Positions 39,229 through 51,400 of a stretch of DNA of 64,000 nucleotides are shown here, piece after piece (the stretch's first letter is position 1; every line of letters starts with the position of its first letter). The translations under genes were made by a program, and so were the position numbers. The notes under the pieces were generated by a model. That model did not search any database. It was not told where the DNA came from and saw only the letters and a program-made list of their open reading frames with translations. Location: assembly GCA_963693365.1 (NCBI GenBank), contig CAVNZM010000002.1, forward strand, positions 13,487,615 through 13,551,614, written 5' to 3'. Source of the stretch: Amoebidium appalachense. Its lineage: Eukaryota > Protista > Ichthyosporea.

Positions 39229-40871
39229 AAGGGTAGAACGGGTTTGAGTTAGTGTGTGTGTGTGTGTGTACGTGTTCGTGAAATGCTTGAATTTTAGTTG
39301 AGACCCTAGCACTCACCGTATGTTTTGCGAAGATAATCTCAATGCCTTCGCCTTAGACTATGTGAACTGCGTGCACCCGCGTACGCACACATTGAACACA
39401 CAAGAGAAAGAGATACCAACTGTCTAGTGAGAAAAAGTTGGTGTGCCTTAATAGGACTTCTTGAAACCAAACTTGGGTTACTTTTTACTCCACGCTATGT
39501 AGGGTTGAGCGAATCTGTACTGTGCTGTATGTACGCGATGATGTAGGCTGAATGGTTTCTCTCTTGTGTTAGTATGTAATAGTCGAGGTGTTAATTTGTG
39601 ATGCAGAGTGTACTTTGACACAACGATGACTTAATTTGTAAGATTGGAAATGTTAAGTGATAATATACGCGTTTGATTTTTTAAGTTTGTCATAGTTGCA
39701 ATGATGTTAAGTACATAGACCGTCAAGTGTTCTGTTGGTGGGCTGGTACCCGCCTGGTAGCGGTAAAGAAAGAAATACGTTCAAAAGAAAAAAATGGTGC
39801 ATCTCATTAGATAAAAAAGAAATACGTTGGAAAAAAAAATTGTGGGCATGTCCCATCTTATCAGATGTCTAAGCACGAATCTGACTCGAAACCCCCCCCC
39901 CCCCCCCCCCCCCCCCCTCTTCCCCTTCCCCTAACCACGTGCACCATCACCACCACCACCACCACACACACACACACACACACAAACACGTGTATACACC
40001 CGGGTGGCCACCACCACCATCATTGAATGTTGGCCTCTGCAAGTCTCGTGCACCGTGTTCCTCATGTGTAGTAACTCTTGTGCTTGTCACGGTATTGTTA
40101 TGCATCCCCCCCTCTCCCCCCCCCCCCCCCCCCCCCCTCTTCCCCAGCGCTAGCGCGACCTCCTACCTCCTTCTTCCCACGATGTGCACACAGGCATAGT
40201 ATGCCCACTCGGTCTGGCACAATTCAATCCCTCCCCCCCCCCCCCCCCCTCCCCCCGGCCCCCCTCTCCCCCCCCCTCCCCCCCCCCCCCACCCCACCCC
40301 ACCCCACCCCGGCCCCCCCTCCTTCCCTCCCCCCCCCCCCTCTCTCTCTCTCTCCACCTCCCCCCCCCCCCCCCCGTATCCCTCCCACCAGAGTTCTTAT
40401 TCTTACAATAAAAAGTAGGAATATCGCAATCTAAAAAAATATTGCATTAACCAGGTAATCGCGTCAGATTTGACTGATTAGCCATGTATGGAAATTTGGG
40501 CGGGAATTCGCGAAGTTTTGGTGCGCGCAAAAAAAAAGTTTTTATAAAAAAATTAAAAAGTAGGTATATGGTGTTAGAAATTTATTTTAAACCGTTTAGT
40601 ATCAGTGACCCACACCCATGCATAGGGCATGTCACGATACCCGGCCGGCATCAGTGTATTCACATACATATGCTTAGAGCACTTGCACACAAGGTGCATG
40701 TTGCTATGTATAGGCACGTGAACATATAATGTGCCTGCACACTAGGTTTGGCTATAAAAAAAATGAAAAAATAAAAAAAAGATTGCCCATCGGCACACAC
40801 GCATGCATTTGTACACAAAGTGCACTGGCATTCCGTACAGACATCATAATGGCACTGGTATACCCACCTCC

Positions 40872-40910
<39 letters not shown>

Positions 40911-41326
40911 CCCCCCCCTCCACCTCCACTGCACCCCCGTTGTCGGCAGTTCGAAGAGGCGGTGTCTACAGAAATTGGAGACAAGATATTATTCGTTTCA
41001 TAAAAGTCAATTGCGTTGCATCCAGGCCTGCACTGACGGTATGCCGTTGAAAATATGTCAGGTCAGCGAAATAAGTTTCATGCCAGATGTTTCACCATGC
41101 CCCGTCTCAAAAACAAAACGCCCCACGGTGCGGGAATGTTATAATTTTCCACTCACTGAAAATCACTACCAAACACTTTGATATGCATATATTTGCCATT
41201 CAACTCCACACATATTTGACAACACCACACACAATAAATTCCGCTGCAATACTATGGCATAAAACATGACCGCCAGCATATTGTTTTGACTGTCTATTCG
41301 GAGCACATGTGTGTGAGTGCAATATA

Positions 41327-41620
41327 TCATTTTTTCACGTTTTTCTCTCCCTCGGCCTGCTGATACATGTATGCTCCCCCACCGAGTGCCGCAGCCACCA
41401 CGGCACACATGATCCACGCCTGCTTGCGTGTGTAGGGCGGAAAGAACCCTCTCTGCACCGGAATTTTCGGCCCCACACCCGGGGCTGGGTTGCTGGCTGC
41501 CTTTCCTTCCCCCTTGCCAGACTCGGTGTGAACGGTGCGGAACGTTGTGTTTGTGGCTGTCATGGTTTTGGCGGGTGTGTGGATAGGGAGTGAGGTGGCG
41601 GGTACAGTGATAAACAACAT
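41327..41620 (-). CDS. Possible small single-TM protein (mitochondrial-like)
   Basis: 97-aa ORF from ATG 41620: Thr-rich, acid-poor N-terminus and TM AWIMCAVVAAALGGGAYMY. No family recognised. Confidence 0.35.
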   Translation of the reverse strand: MLFITVPATSLPIHTPAKTMTATNTTFRTVHTESGKGEGKAASNPAPGVGPKIPVQRGFFPPYTRKQAWIMCAVVAAALGGGAYMYQQAEGEKNVKK

Positions 41621-42568
41621 GTTGTGTGTACTGGGTGTGTGTCGTGCCGGAAATTTTAAAGCAGAAGCACGAAGAAAGAAAGATAAGAGGCTTTTTCTTC
41701 CCGAAATCAAAGTTGGGAGAATTAACGTACAGCCTGATAGGGGTGGTCTTTAAAGTCAACTTATTTACTCGGTGGCCGTTGGGAAAAGTATGTGCACAAA
41801 GATGGACATGTATCAAAGAAAGTGAGAAGGGAAAGCCTCTAAACGAAAAGAGCGTAAAAACAAATTCAACGCGAGTAGTGTTTAGCTTAGGATTCTTTTC
41901 GATTAGAAGACAAAAACCCTACAAAGAGGGAGAGGACTCGTATCTGCAGCTGTACCACCTGAAGTCAAGCGGAAATCATGGGGCCTGGGCTGGGTAAACT
42001 TAAGAATACAAGGATAACGTGTTTCTGGTTGTCATGCTGACACCATGGTTCCTTAGTACACAAGCATGTACAAAGGCAAAACAGGGTTTGGGGAGCTATT
42101 TTCGGAAGTTAACACACGTGACAGGTCCCGGGGCCCACGTGACATGTCCCCATACGCATGCAGCTCGCGGCATAGGCCCACATAATGGATAAATGATTCT
42201 CGGATTCGATCCTCGCCTATGGCCCAACTTTCAAAGGCCACGCCAGAGCCATATGTCATATATATCCTTGATTGAATCGTCCTCAGTCGTATGCATGAGA
42301 CTGGTTTGTGTACCGTGATGTTTGCAATTGGCGCGTGACGTCCGTGGTTTATGTACATGGACCGTCTACAATGCAGTCCACGAGCACTGACCGGCCTCTT
42401 GAAGGCGTCACGTGTAGAACATGTACACTGGTCTCCTACTCAGGGACGTTTGGGAATGGCATGGCGTCCTCCCCCCCCCCCCCCCCCCTCCCCCCGGTTT
42501 TGTCTGCTAAACAAATCCCCTCCCCTGCCCCCCCCCCCCCCCCCGGCCAGCCCCCCCCCCCGGCCAGC

Positions 42569-42600
<32 letters not shown>

Positions 42601-42896
42601 CCTAGCTTAATCCCTCCCCCACGGCCGGGCCGGCCGGCCCCCCTGCCCAGCTACATGTACATGTCACCATATATATGGTCCCTCGGCCCGTGACAAGTAT
42701 ACGTAGGACTGTTCTGAACATGTACATGTGACAGTAAGTGTTGGCCCACACTATTAGTACATGATCACTGCTCTGCCTACCACAACGGCAGGAAGTTTTG
42801 CTCCCCGGACCCCCCCCGGGGTGGGGGCCAAAGGCGAGGGTTCAAGGCAATATGAGGGAGTTGTGGTGGAGATATCGGTATCCGTTGTGGCCAAAA

Positions 42897-42937
<41 letters not shown>

Positions 42938-42962
42938 GGGGGGCTGTGATCGAGTCAGGTTG

Positions 42963-43059
<97 letters not shown>

Positions 43060-43423
43060 CTCGAGCTCACTCTCTCATGATCACTGTCACTGACTCACTG
43101 TACATGTACAATGTACATGTCCAGCTGCTTTCACATGTATTACTGTACTGTGACATGTGCATAAACGTTAACTAAGATTATTTTTGCGTCCCAAAAAAAT
43201 TCCCGCCAAAGATTATGTGTGCAGTGTCACTGGCGTGCACACTCATCGATTGTTTCAATATTTGCTCATTATCCATAATAATACAGTAAGAAAAGGTAGG
43301 AATATGTGTGCAATGGTCGATATTGTTTCTCAATTGATATTGACATCATACGGTATTTGAAAGCCTACAATGACACGCATGTCACCCCACTGCTCTCTCT
43401 CTCACTCGAGCTCACTCTTCCTC

Positions 43424-43504
<81 letters not shown>

Positions 43505-43571
43505 CTAGCGCGCTTTCTCTCTCTCTCTCTCTCTACTTCTCTCTCTCTCTCTCTCTCGAATTTTCTGTAGG

Positions 43572-43650
<79 letters not shown>

Positions 43651-44039
43651 GACTGACTCGAGCTCACTCTCTCATGATCACTGTCATTGACTCACTGTAC
43701 ATGCACATGTACAATGTACATGTCCAGCCCCTGTCACATGTATTACTGTACTGTGACATGTGCATAAACGTACCCCTTAACTAAGATTTTTTTTGCGTCC
43801 CAAAAAAAAATCCCGCCAAAGATTATGTGTGCAGTGTCACTGGCGTGCACACTCATCGATTGTTTCAACATTTGCTCATCATCTATAATAAAACAGTAAA
43901 AAAAAGTAGGAATATGTGTGTAATAATCGATATTGTTTCTCACTTGACATTGACACCATATGATTTGAAAGCCTACAATGACACGCATGTCACCCCACTG
44001 CCCTCTCTCTCACTCGAGCTCACTCTCTCACACTTCGTG

Positions 44040-44095
<56 letters not shown>

Positions 44096-44730
44096 CCCCC
44101 CCCCCCCCCCCCCCCTCTCCCCCCCCCCCCCCTCCCCAGCCCAGGTAGGTAGTATGATCACTGTCACTGACTCACTGTACATGTACATGTACATGTCCAG
44201 CTGCTGTCACATGTACGTATTACTGTACTGTGACATGTGCATAAATGTTAAGATTTTTAATTTGTGTCCCAAAAAAATTCCCGCCAAAGATTGTGTGTGC
44301 AGTGTCACTACGTACTGGCGTGCACACTCATCGATTGTTTCAATATTTGCTTATCATCCATAATAAAACAATAAAAAAAAGTAGGAATGTGTGAATAAAA
44401 CAATAAAAAAAAAGTAGGAATGTGTGTGCAATGGTCGATATTGTTTCTCAATTGATATTGACATAGGGGTAACCCTCCAAATCCAGACGCCACCTCCAAT
44501 TCGTGAAGCCATTGTATTGTATTATGACTATTTATTGTTAGTTCTATATATTTTTTACGCGCCGGTTATAAAAAAATATATATTTATAGCCGGCACGAAA
44601 AAAATTATATAGAACTGAATAAAAATAGTCTTACTACAATACAGTGGCTTCACGAATTGGAGGTGGCGTCAAGATTTGGAGGGTTGCCCCTATTTGAAGC
44701 CTACAATGACACGGATGTCACCCCGCTGCC
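43060..44730. repeat. Three-copy complex tandem repeat (~350-bp unit separated by (CT)n/(CA)n)
   Basis: ATGATCACTGTCA...TCCCGCCAAAGATT...GCCTACAATGACACGCATGTCACCCC starts at ~43077, ~43674 and ~44154. The third copy is interrupted by a MITE. Confidence 0.9.
44466..44690. mobile_element. Fold-back MITE, 225 bp, TA target duplication
   Basis: Ends GGGGTAACCCTCCAAATC and GATTTGGAGGGTTGCCCC; complementarity continues ~110 bp to the centre. Flanked by TA on both sides; absent from the other two repeat units. Confidence 0.92.
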
Positions 44731-45676
44731 CTGGCCTGGCCAGCGCATTGCCTGACGGCGCGTACGAGTAAGAATCAGCTATTTTGGCAGGTGAGAAACC
44801 ATATATGGTTAATGCTGCCCTCGGGAAGAATTGGACCGAGCTCCTCGCCTGTCAGTCTTTTCCCCCAAGACCAATGCCCCCCCCCCCCCGAGCCCAACCC
44901 CTTGCAGCACCTAAAAAACCAAGAAAAAAACATAACATATGTACGCACACATGTGCCAACGGGCACGCACATGCACAGTGTGACACGCACACACCCACCC
45001 ACCCACCCACACTCCCTGCCCCAATCCATGCATGTGTATCACCCAAGAACACCCACCTGGCCCTTCGAAGATCCGACAACCACCTTCGATCACGCATCCA
45101 CACCACACACACACACAAACACACACCCTAGACTCCGAGGCACGCGGCTTTCCACTCCTTACAGCAGCTGCTACACGCACACTGAAATTTTAAAATCTTG
45201 AGATTTCCATACACTTTTATGCTGCAGCAGGTGCCACATGTGAAGCTCAATTTTTTGATTGATTTATGAAGTTTACTGGTTCAAGGTGGGCCCAGCCCAG
45301 CCTCGCTTTTTGAATAATACTGCAATTTGACATTGTTGATGGCTAAGTGTTCCAATTCAGAATCCAATGGAAACAAAAAGAATAACACTAGTTCATGTGT
45401 GTGTGTGTATGTATTGGCGTGGTGGCCTCTTGTGCATACATGCAACACACCCGGCAATTTTGGCGGGTGTGTATGGGTACAATACCCTAAGGAAATTTGA
45501 AGCAAACCATAGCATTCAGTGGCATACCCTAAAAATACAAATACTCGAAAATAGAAAAAAGAAAGGAAAAAGTGTGGCATAATCGCCGACACCTTGTAAA
45601 GAAGGGGAACAGTGGGGCGGGGGGAGGGGGGGGGGGGGGAACGGAAGCAAGCATGTGTCTCCTTGTTGTCGACTCC

Positions 45677-46116
45677 TTACTTCTTCTTTGCTTGTGTGGT
45701 GACGTTGAACTGCATAGACACGTGCACATGTCAGTAAGGGGAAACATTATATGGTGGGCACACACACACACACACACACGGCGTATGCCCAGATATTGGT
45801 GCCGACTAGCTGAGTGACATGCACACTCCATCACATGAACACTTAACGGACAGTGTTGGGCATGTGCATGTGGCCAGAGGGGGGGGGGGGTAAGGAGCGA
45901 AAATATGCTGCCTGTGTGATATATGCCGAGAGGACGAAAACAAATCAAAGTAATACTTCTCGTCCACCCTTCCAATTCACAGCTTACCTCCCCCCTTGCA
46001 ACCTAAATCTTCCCCTCCAAATACCAAACAATCAAGAAAAGACACGGAATGTAACCCCCCCCCCCCCCCCCCCCCCTCCCCCTTCAAAAAAAACAAAACA
46101 ACAACAACAACAACAA

Positions 46117-46159
<43 letters not shown>

Positions 46160-46204
46160 AACCCACACATAGCAAATAGAATTCAAACCACATCCCCCCC
46201 CCCC

Positions 46205-46235
<31 letters not shown>

Positions 46236-46400
46236 ACACACGCACCTTGAAGAAGATGATGTCACCGTCATGCACGATGTAGTTTTTGCCCTGCTGCTGG
46301 TATTTGCCTGCTGCCTTGACTGCTGCCTCACTGCCAAGCTCCTTGTAGTCGTCAAATTTCATCACTGCAACCCCCCACACAGTCAGAATTACTCCCAGAG

Positions 46401-46441
<41 letters not shown>

Positions 46442-46637
46442 AAAAAAAAAAAAACGCCCAACGCATGCATCATCAACACCATTGCTAGACACACATTCCT
46501 TCGCCTCACCTCCGCCACAAAAGAAGCCTAAAACAAAATCTATACACATGCTCAAACTCATGCGTGGTAACTAGACCTGGTGAAAACAAAGTAAACATGT
46601 AACCCCCCCCCCCCCCCCCCCCCCTTCCCCCCTTCCC

Positions 46638-46668
<31 letters not shown>

Positions 46669-48063
46669 CACACACGCACACACAAAAAAAAAAACCAAAA
46701 AAAACAAAAAACCCCACACACCTTCAGCCATAATGAAGCCCCTCTCGAAATCGGTGTGGATCTTTCCTGCTGCTTCGGGGGCCTTGTCACCGACCTGTGC
46801 ACACACAAAGATTAGCGATAGTGTTCTATTTGGCAAAAGTCGATTAAATTCACGCCTATTTAGTTTGTGTGTAGTATGAAGGGACAAAGGCTATAGGGTA
46901 GTCATTAAGAAACATTAAACCATGCGCATGTCATGACAGTCCGACCCAGTTATCCCCCCCTCCCCTCCCTCCCCCCTCCTTTTCTCTTCCGTTCTTCCAG
47001 TCACTCTGCACAGCCCGCCATCTCTGACTATCCCAAAGATACTCAATTTAGCATCCATGTTACCCCCCCCCCCCCCCCCCCCCCCACCACCCTTTTTATA
47101 AGAAAGGGAAAAAAAAAAGAAGAAAAAAAGAAAAAAAGAAAAAAAAAAAAAAGAAAAAAAAAAAAAGGTATTCACGTACCCTGATGGTCCATGCACGGAC
47201 CTCGTCCTCGCCAGCCGTGAAGAAGTACTGGAGATTAAGGCCCTTGAATGCGGCCTTGATGATCTTGGGCAGCGCACTCTGGCAGCTGTTGGCCTTGCAG
47301 TATTCCGCTGCCTTCTCCGCTCCCATGTCGAACAGCTGAGGTATAAAGAAGAAAGAGGGTTGGTTGGGTTAGTTGGGTATACATGCAAGTTAATAAAGTT
47401 AACACACACACACACACACATGTCACAAAGATAGATTAAGGAGAATTAATAAAGAGAATATTAGTTGGGCTAGGTGTGAGGGCAAGGTAAAAAGACAATT
47501 CATAGATGTCGGATTGCCGAGAAGCAAAAAGGGGAGGCAAATTGGTTGGATTATTTGTGTGTAGTCACATGGGCAAGTTAGAATTTAAAGGGTTGGATCC
47601 TAGGCTGGGTCACTTATGTGTAAGTGAATGAGACATGGTAGGGTGTTATAGAACAGTAAAGGAGAGGAAGACGGAAGAAAGATGAGGACACCGTTCATGA
47701 GGGAAAGAGATGTGTCGGCAGGGTGTCACACCCTGCTTACAGGTGTTCTGAAGAAGGTGGAGGGGCGGGGGAGGGAGGGGGGCAATGGCACATAACAATC
47801 ATACAAACAGGGAAGAAAAAAAAATCTCCTTCCATTGTCACAAGCTTATTACCAAGTCAGTTGCTTGGCGCAGCCCCAAGTAGCACCCAGCCCAAAAAAA
47901 ATACACTTGTGGTGTACAACTTTCAGACCCCCCCCCCCCCCCCCCCCCCCCCCCGGTTCTACTTTCTCTAACCTCCCCCCTGGAGCATAAACACACAAAC
48001 ACGCACAAAAGCACACATACACCCAACCAGCACAGGTGGAACGCTGTGCTGGTTATGTGCGTA

Positions 48064-48110
<47 letters not shown>

Positions 48111-48218
48111 ACGCTCGTGCCTGTGCCTCTATCCCACCTTCTGCTCGAGCTCGCCGCTCCACGGGATGATGAGGTCACCCACATTCCTCGAGTCAATATA
48201 CTCCTTGATCTTGGGCAG

Positions 48219-48276
<58 letters not shown>

Positions 48277-49175
48277 GGGGGGGGGGGGGGAGTTTAGGTA
48301 CACGGTGGTTACCCGAATGTTTCGATGACATGTAACACCACCCACAGATTTGTTTATATCCACACACAATGAAGCATGCACCAACCCAAAATGGATTGGA
48401 ATACCATCTCTATGCATGCCCAACCACTGAGAACGAAAAATCTAAAGATACAAAGAGAGAGAGCAGAGCAGGAGGAGGAGAAGCGGGGCGTGGAGGAATG
48501 TGGGAAAAGGAGTGTGGTCTTCTTTCCTAAAGAGCCTCGTTTCGTTAAACGTTTGATTATACACACACACAGGCACCCACACACACACACACAAACGAGC
48601 ACAGACATGCAAATACAATCACGTGCAACGTGCTTACACATACACACACGGACGAGCAAATAACACCCACCCACCCACCCACCCACACACGTGCACACAC
48701 CACTTGTTCTTCTTCTTAATGTAATCGGACTCAGTCAGGTTGACCAGGTAGATGACCGGCTTGGACGTCAGCAGAAGCAACGAATTGAGCACCTCGATCT
48801 GTGCACACACCCACCGCTCAGTTTGTGTGCAACATTGCATGTTCTTGTGCACCCACCCAGAGCTCGGTTTGTCTGCATTATTGCATATCCGTGTGCACCC
48901 ACCCAGCGCTCAGTTTGTGTGCAATACTGCATATCATTATTTGCTCCAGCCCCCTACAACTGGCTTCCCCAGTATTCTCAACATCAAGTTAAAAAGAAAA
49001 GAGTTAATCTTATGGAAATTTCTTCCATCCGCACCTATCTTACTCTCTCATTAGTTAGAATCTTTGCCTACCTTCCTTTTTTTTTGTTCTTATTCATAGA
49101 CGATGGGAATACCCAAGTCGGCAGCTAAAAAAGAAAACCTTGAAATAGCGACGAGAGTTGGGGTTGGGGTTGGCG

Positions 49176-49208
<33 letters not shown>

Positions 49209-49863
49209 GGGGGGAGAGAAAAGCAGAGAGAGATAGGGAAAAAAAGCGAGAGAGAGACATAAATAGTGTGTAGGCAAGTGTGTACATGTGCAGTGATCTA
49301 AGTCTTGGGGGGATCACAGGGCAGACATGATGAAATGAGCGATGAGAACGGGCTGTGCATGGGGCGGGTTGGTATGTGGGCGTGCGTGTGGGAGCATGGC
49401 TGATGGAATTGAGTGCGTACAACCCCCCTCCCCCCCCCCTCCGAGCCGGATCCTGTGCACAACGCAAAGTACCAGAAAACACATCCAAAAAAAGCAAGCC
49501 AAAGTACACAGCGTGTCACGCAGACACATGCAAAAATGGTAGGAAGATGTGTGTGTGTGTGTGTGTGTGTGTGGGTAGGGGGGGGGGGGGGGGGGGGGGA
49601 TGTGTACCTCTGCATTGTTCCATGTGCCCGACCGCACATCCTTCTTCTCTGTCTCCAGCCACGTCTCAACCTTCTTCATAATTTCCTGAAGAACCCCCAC
49701 ACATGTCAACATAAGAACCACAAGCTGCTAACCCCTCTCCCCAAAACACACACACGAACACAGGCTTGCTCCCCCCCCCCCCCCCCCCCCCCCCGCGCGT
49801 AAATCACACACGACTGCCCCTCTATCCTAAACACACACACACCCCGACGAAATCAGGCTGGCT

Positions 49864-49913
<50 letters not shown>

Positions 49914-50188
49914 CCGCCCCACCCACCCACCCACCCAGCCACACATTGCCACCACTAAGACTATCTCCACACATCCTTGCTTACAGACCATCCTCGTTTC
50001 CCGTTCAAGCATGGTAATCTCTTTCACATCTGACCGAATGTATCCCCCCCCCCACCACACACACACACACACCACCACCCTCACAACGAACTTTAGGAGG
50101 GATGGCATCTCAAATGCAAATCAAGCAAATGGCTTCACAGTAGGTCCTAATGCCTCTATGTGATTCCCTATATGTTCCCACATATGCC

Positions 50189-50243
<55 letters not shown>

Positions 50244-51359
50244 GTTTCTTGTGCCGGTGTTTGTACGCGTGTGTAGGGGTGGGTGTTCAAGCGCGATGCT
50301 TGTGATTGTAACTAGTAACCGCGTGTGTGCATGCACATGCGCAAGCAGGTGCGGATATTTATAGATGCATGAGTGCATCACGTGCACAGATGTGTGTGTG
50401 TGTGCCTGTGTGTGTGTGCAAGCATGTGTCCTCAACATAACATCCAAGTGTAGGTGTGTGCGTGCTCCACATGCACAGATGTGTGCAACACGTGTGATTG
50501 TGCATTGTTGTATGTGTGGTGCACACACCACAGTCCTTTACACTTACAAACTCAGCAAGGGCCTTCTTGTCAGATTTGTCTCTCTTGACGATCTTCTCCT
50601 TAGCCTCGATAAACTTCTTCAGTTGGTCCTGAATCACGAAAAAATACTCACTCAGTCCACTGCCCACAACATCCTGCAACCCCCCCCCCCCCCCCCCCCC
50701 CCCCCCCACACACACACCATCACCACCACCCACCCGTGGGCCACAACCTGCACTATACCCCCCCTTCCCCCCCCCCCCCCCCCCCTCTCCGCCTTCCCCC
50801 CCTCCCCGTTCTCCCCTGGAGCCAACTCTTTGTTTTCTTTCTCCGTTCCCAGCTTTCACCCTAACTCTCCTTCCCTTTCATCTCAAGAATAAACATGTCC
50901 CAGCCCTCCCCCTCCCCCCTCCCCACCCCCAACACACACACACTCCTGCCACACAACCTCCCCCCCCCCCCCCCCCCAAACAACCACCCACCGACACGAA
51001 TCCACCAACCAACACCCACGTAGCACCCATCTCTTCCTATCGACCGGCACCCATGCTCCACCCACCGATCCCCTCCCTCCCCCCCCCCCCCCCCCGGATC
51101 ATCCCCCCACCCCTCCCCCCTTAACGCCTTGCCAGGAAAAAGCAAAAAACCAAACACACACACACACACATACTGCACCCAGTCAGCCATTCTCCACTTT
51201 CCCGTACACACGGCCAAGGAAGCTACAGACACAAACACAACAATCATCCCTTGTCCCACCTTGGTAGCAATCCCACATCTAATCTGGTATCACCACACAT
51301 CCACACACAACCCAACACCACATATCCCCCCCGACCTCCCCCCTGCCCCCTCCCTCCCC

Positions 51360-51400
<41 letters not shown>

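Noticed and set aside
40588-42160. piggyBac-like element starting TTAAACCG, with a partial inverted match near 42138
   Set aside because: No matching terminal repeat with TTAA at the right end.
43060-44730. CRISPR-like repeat-spacer array
   Set aside because: Units are ~350 bp with microsatellite spacers, in a eukaryotic context with no cas genes.
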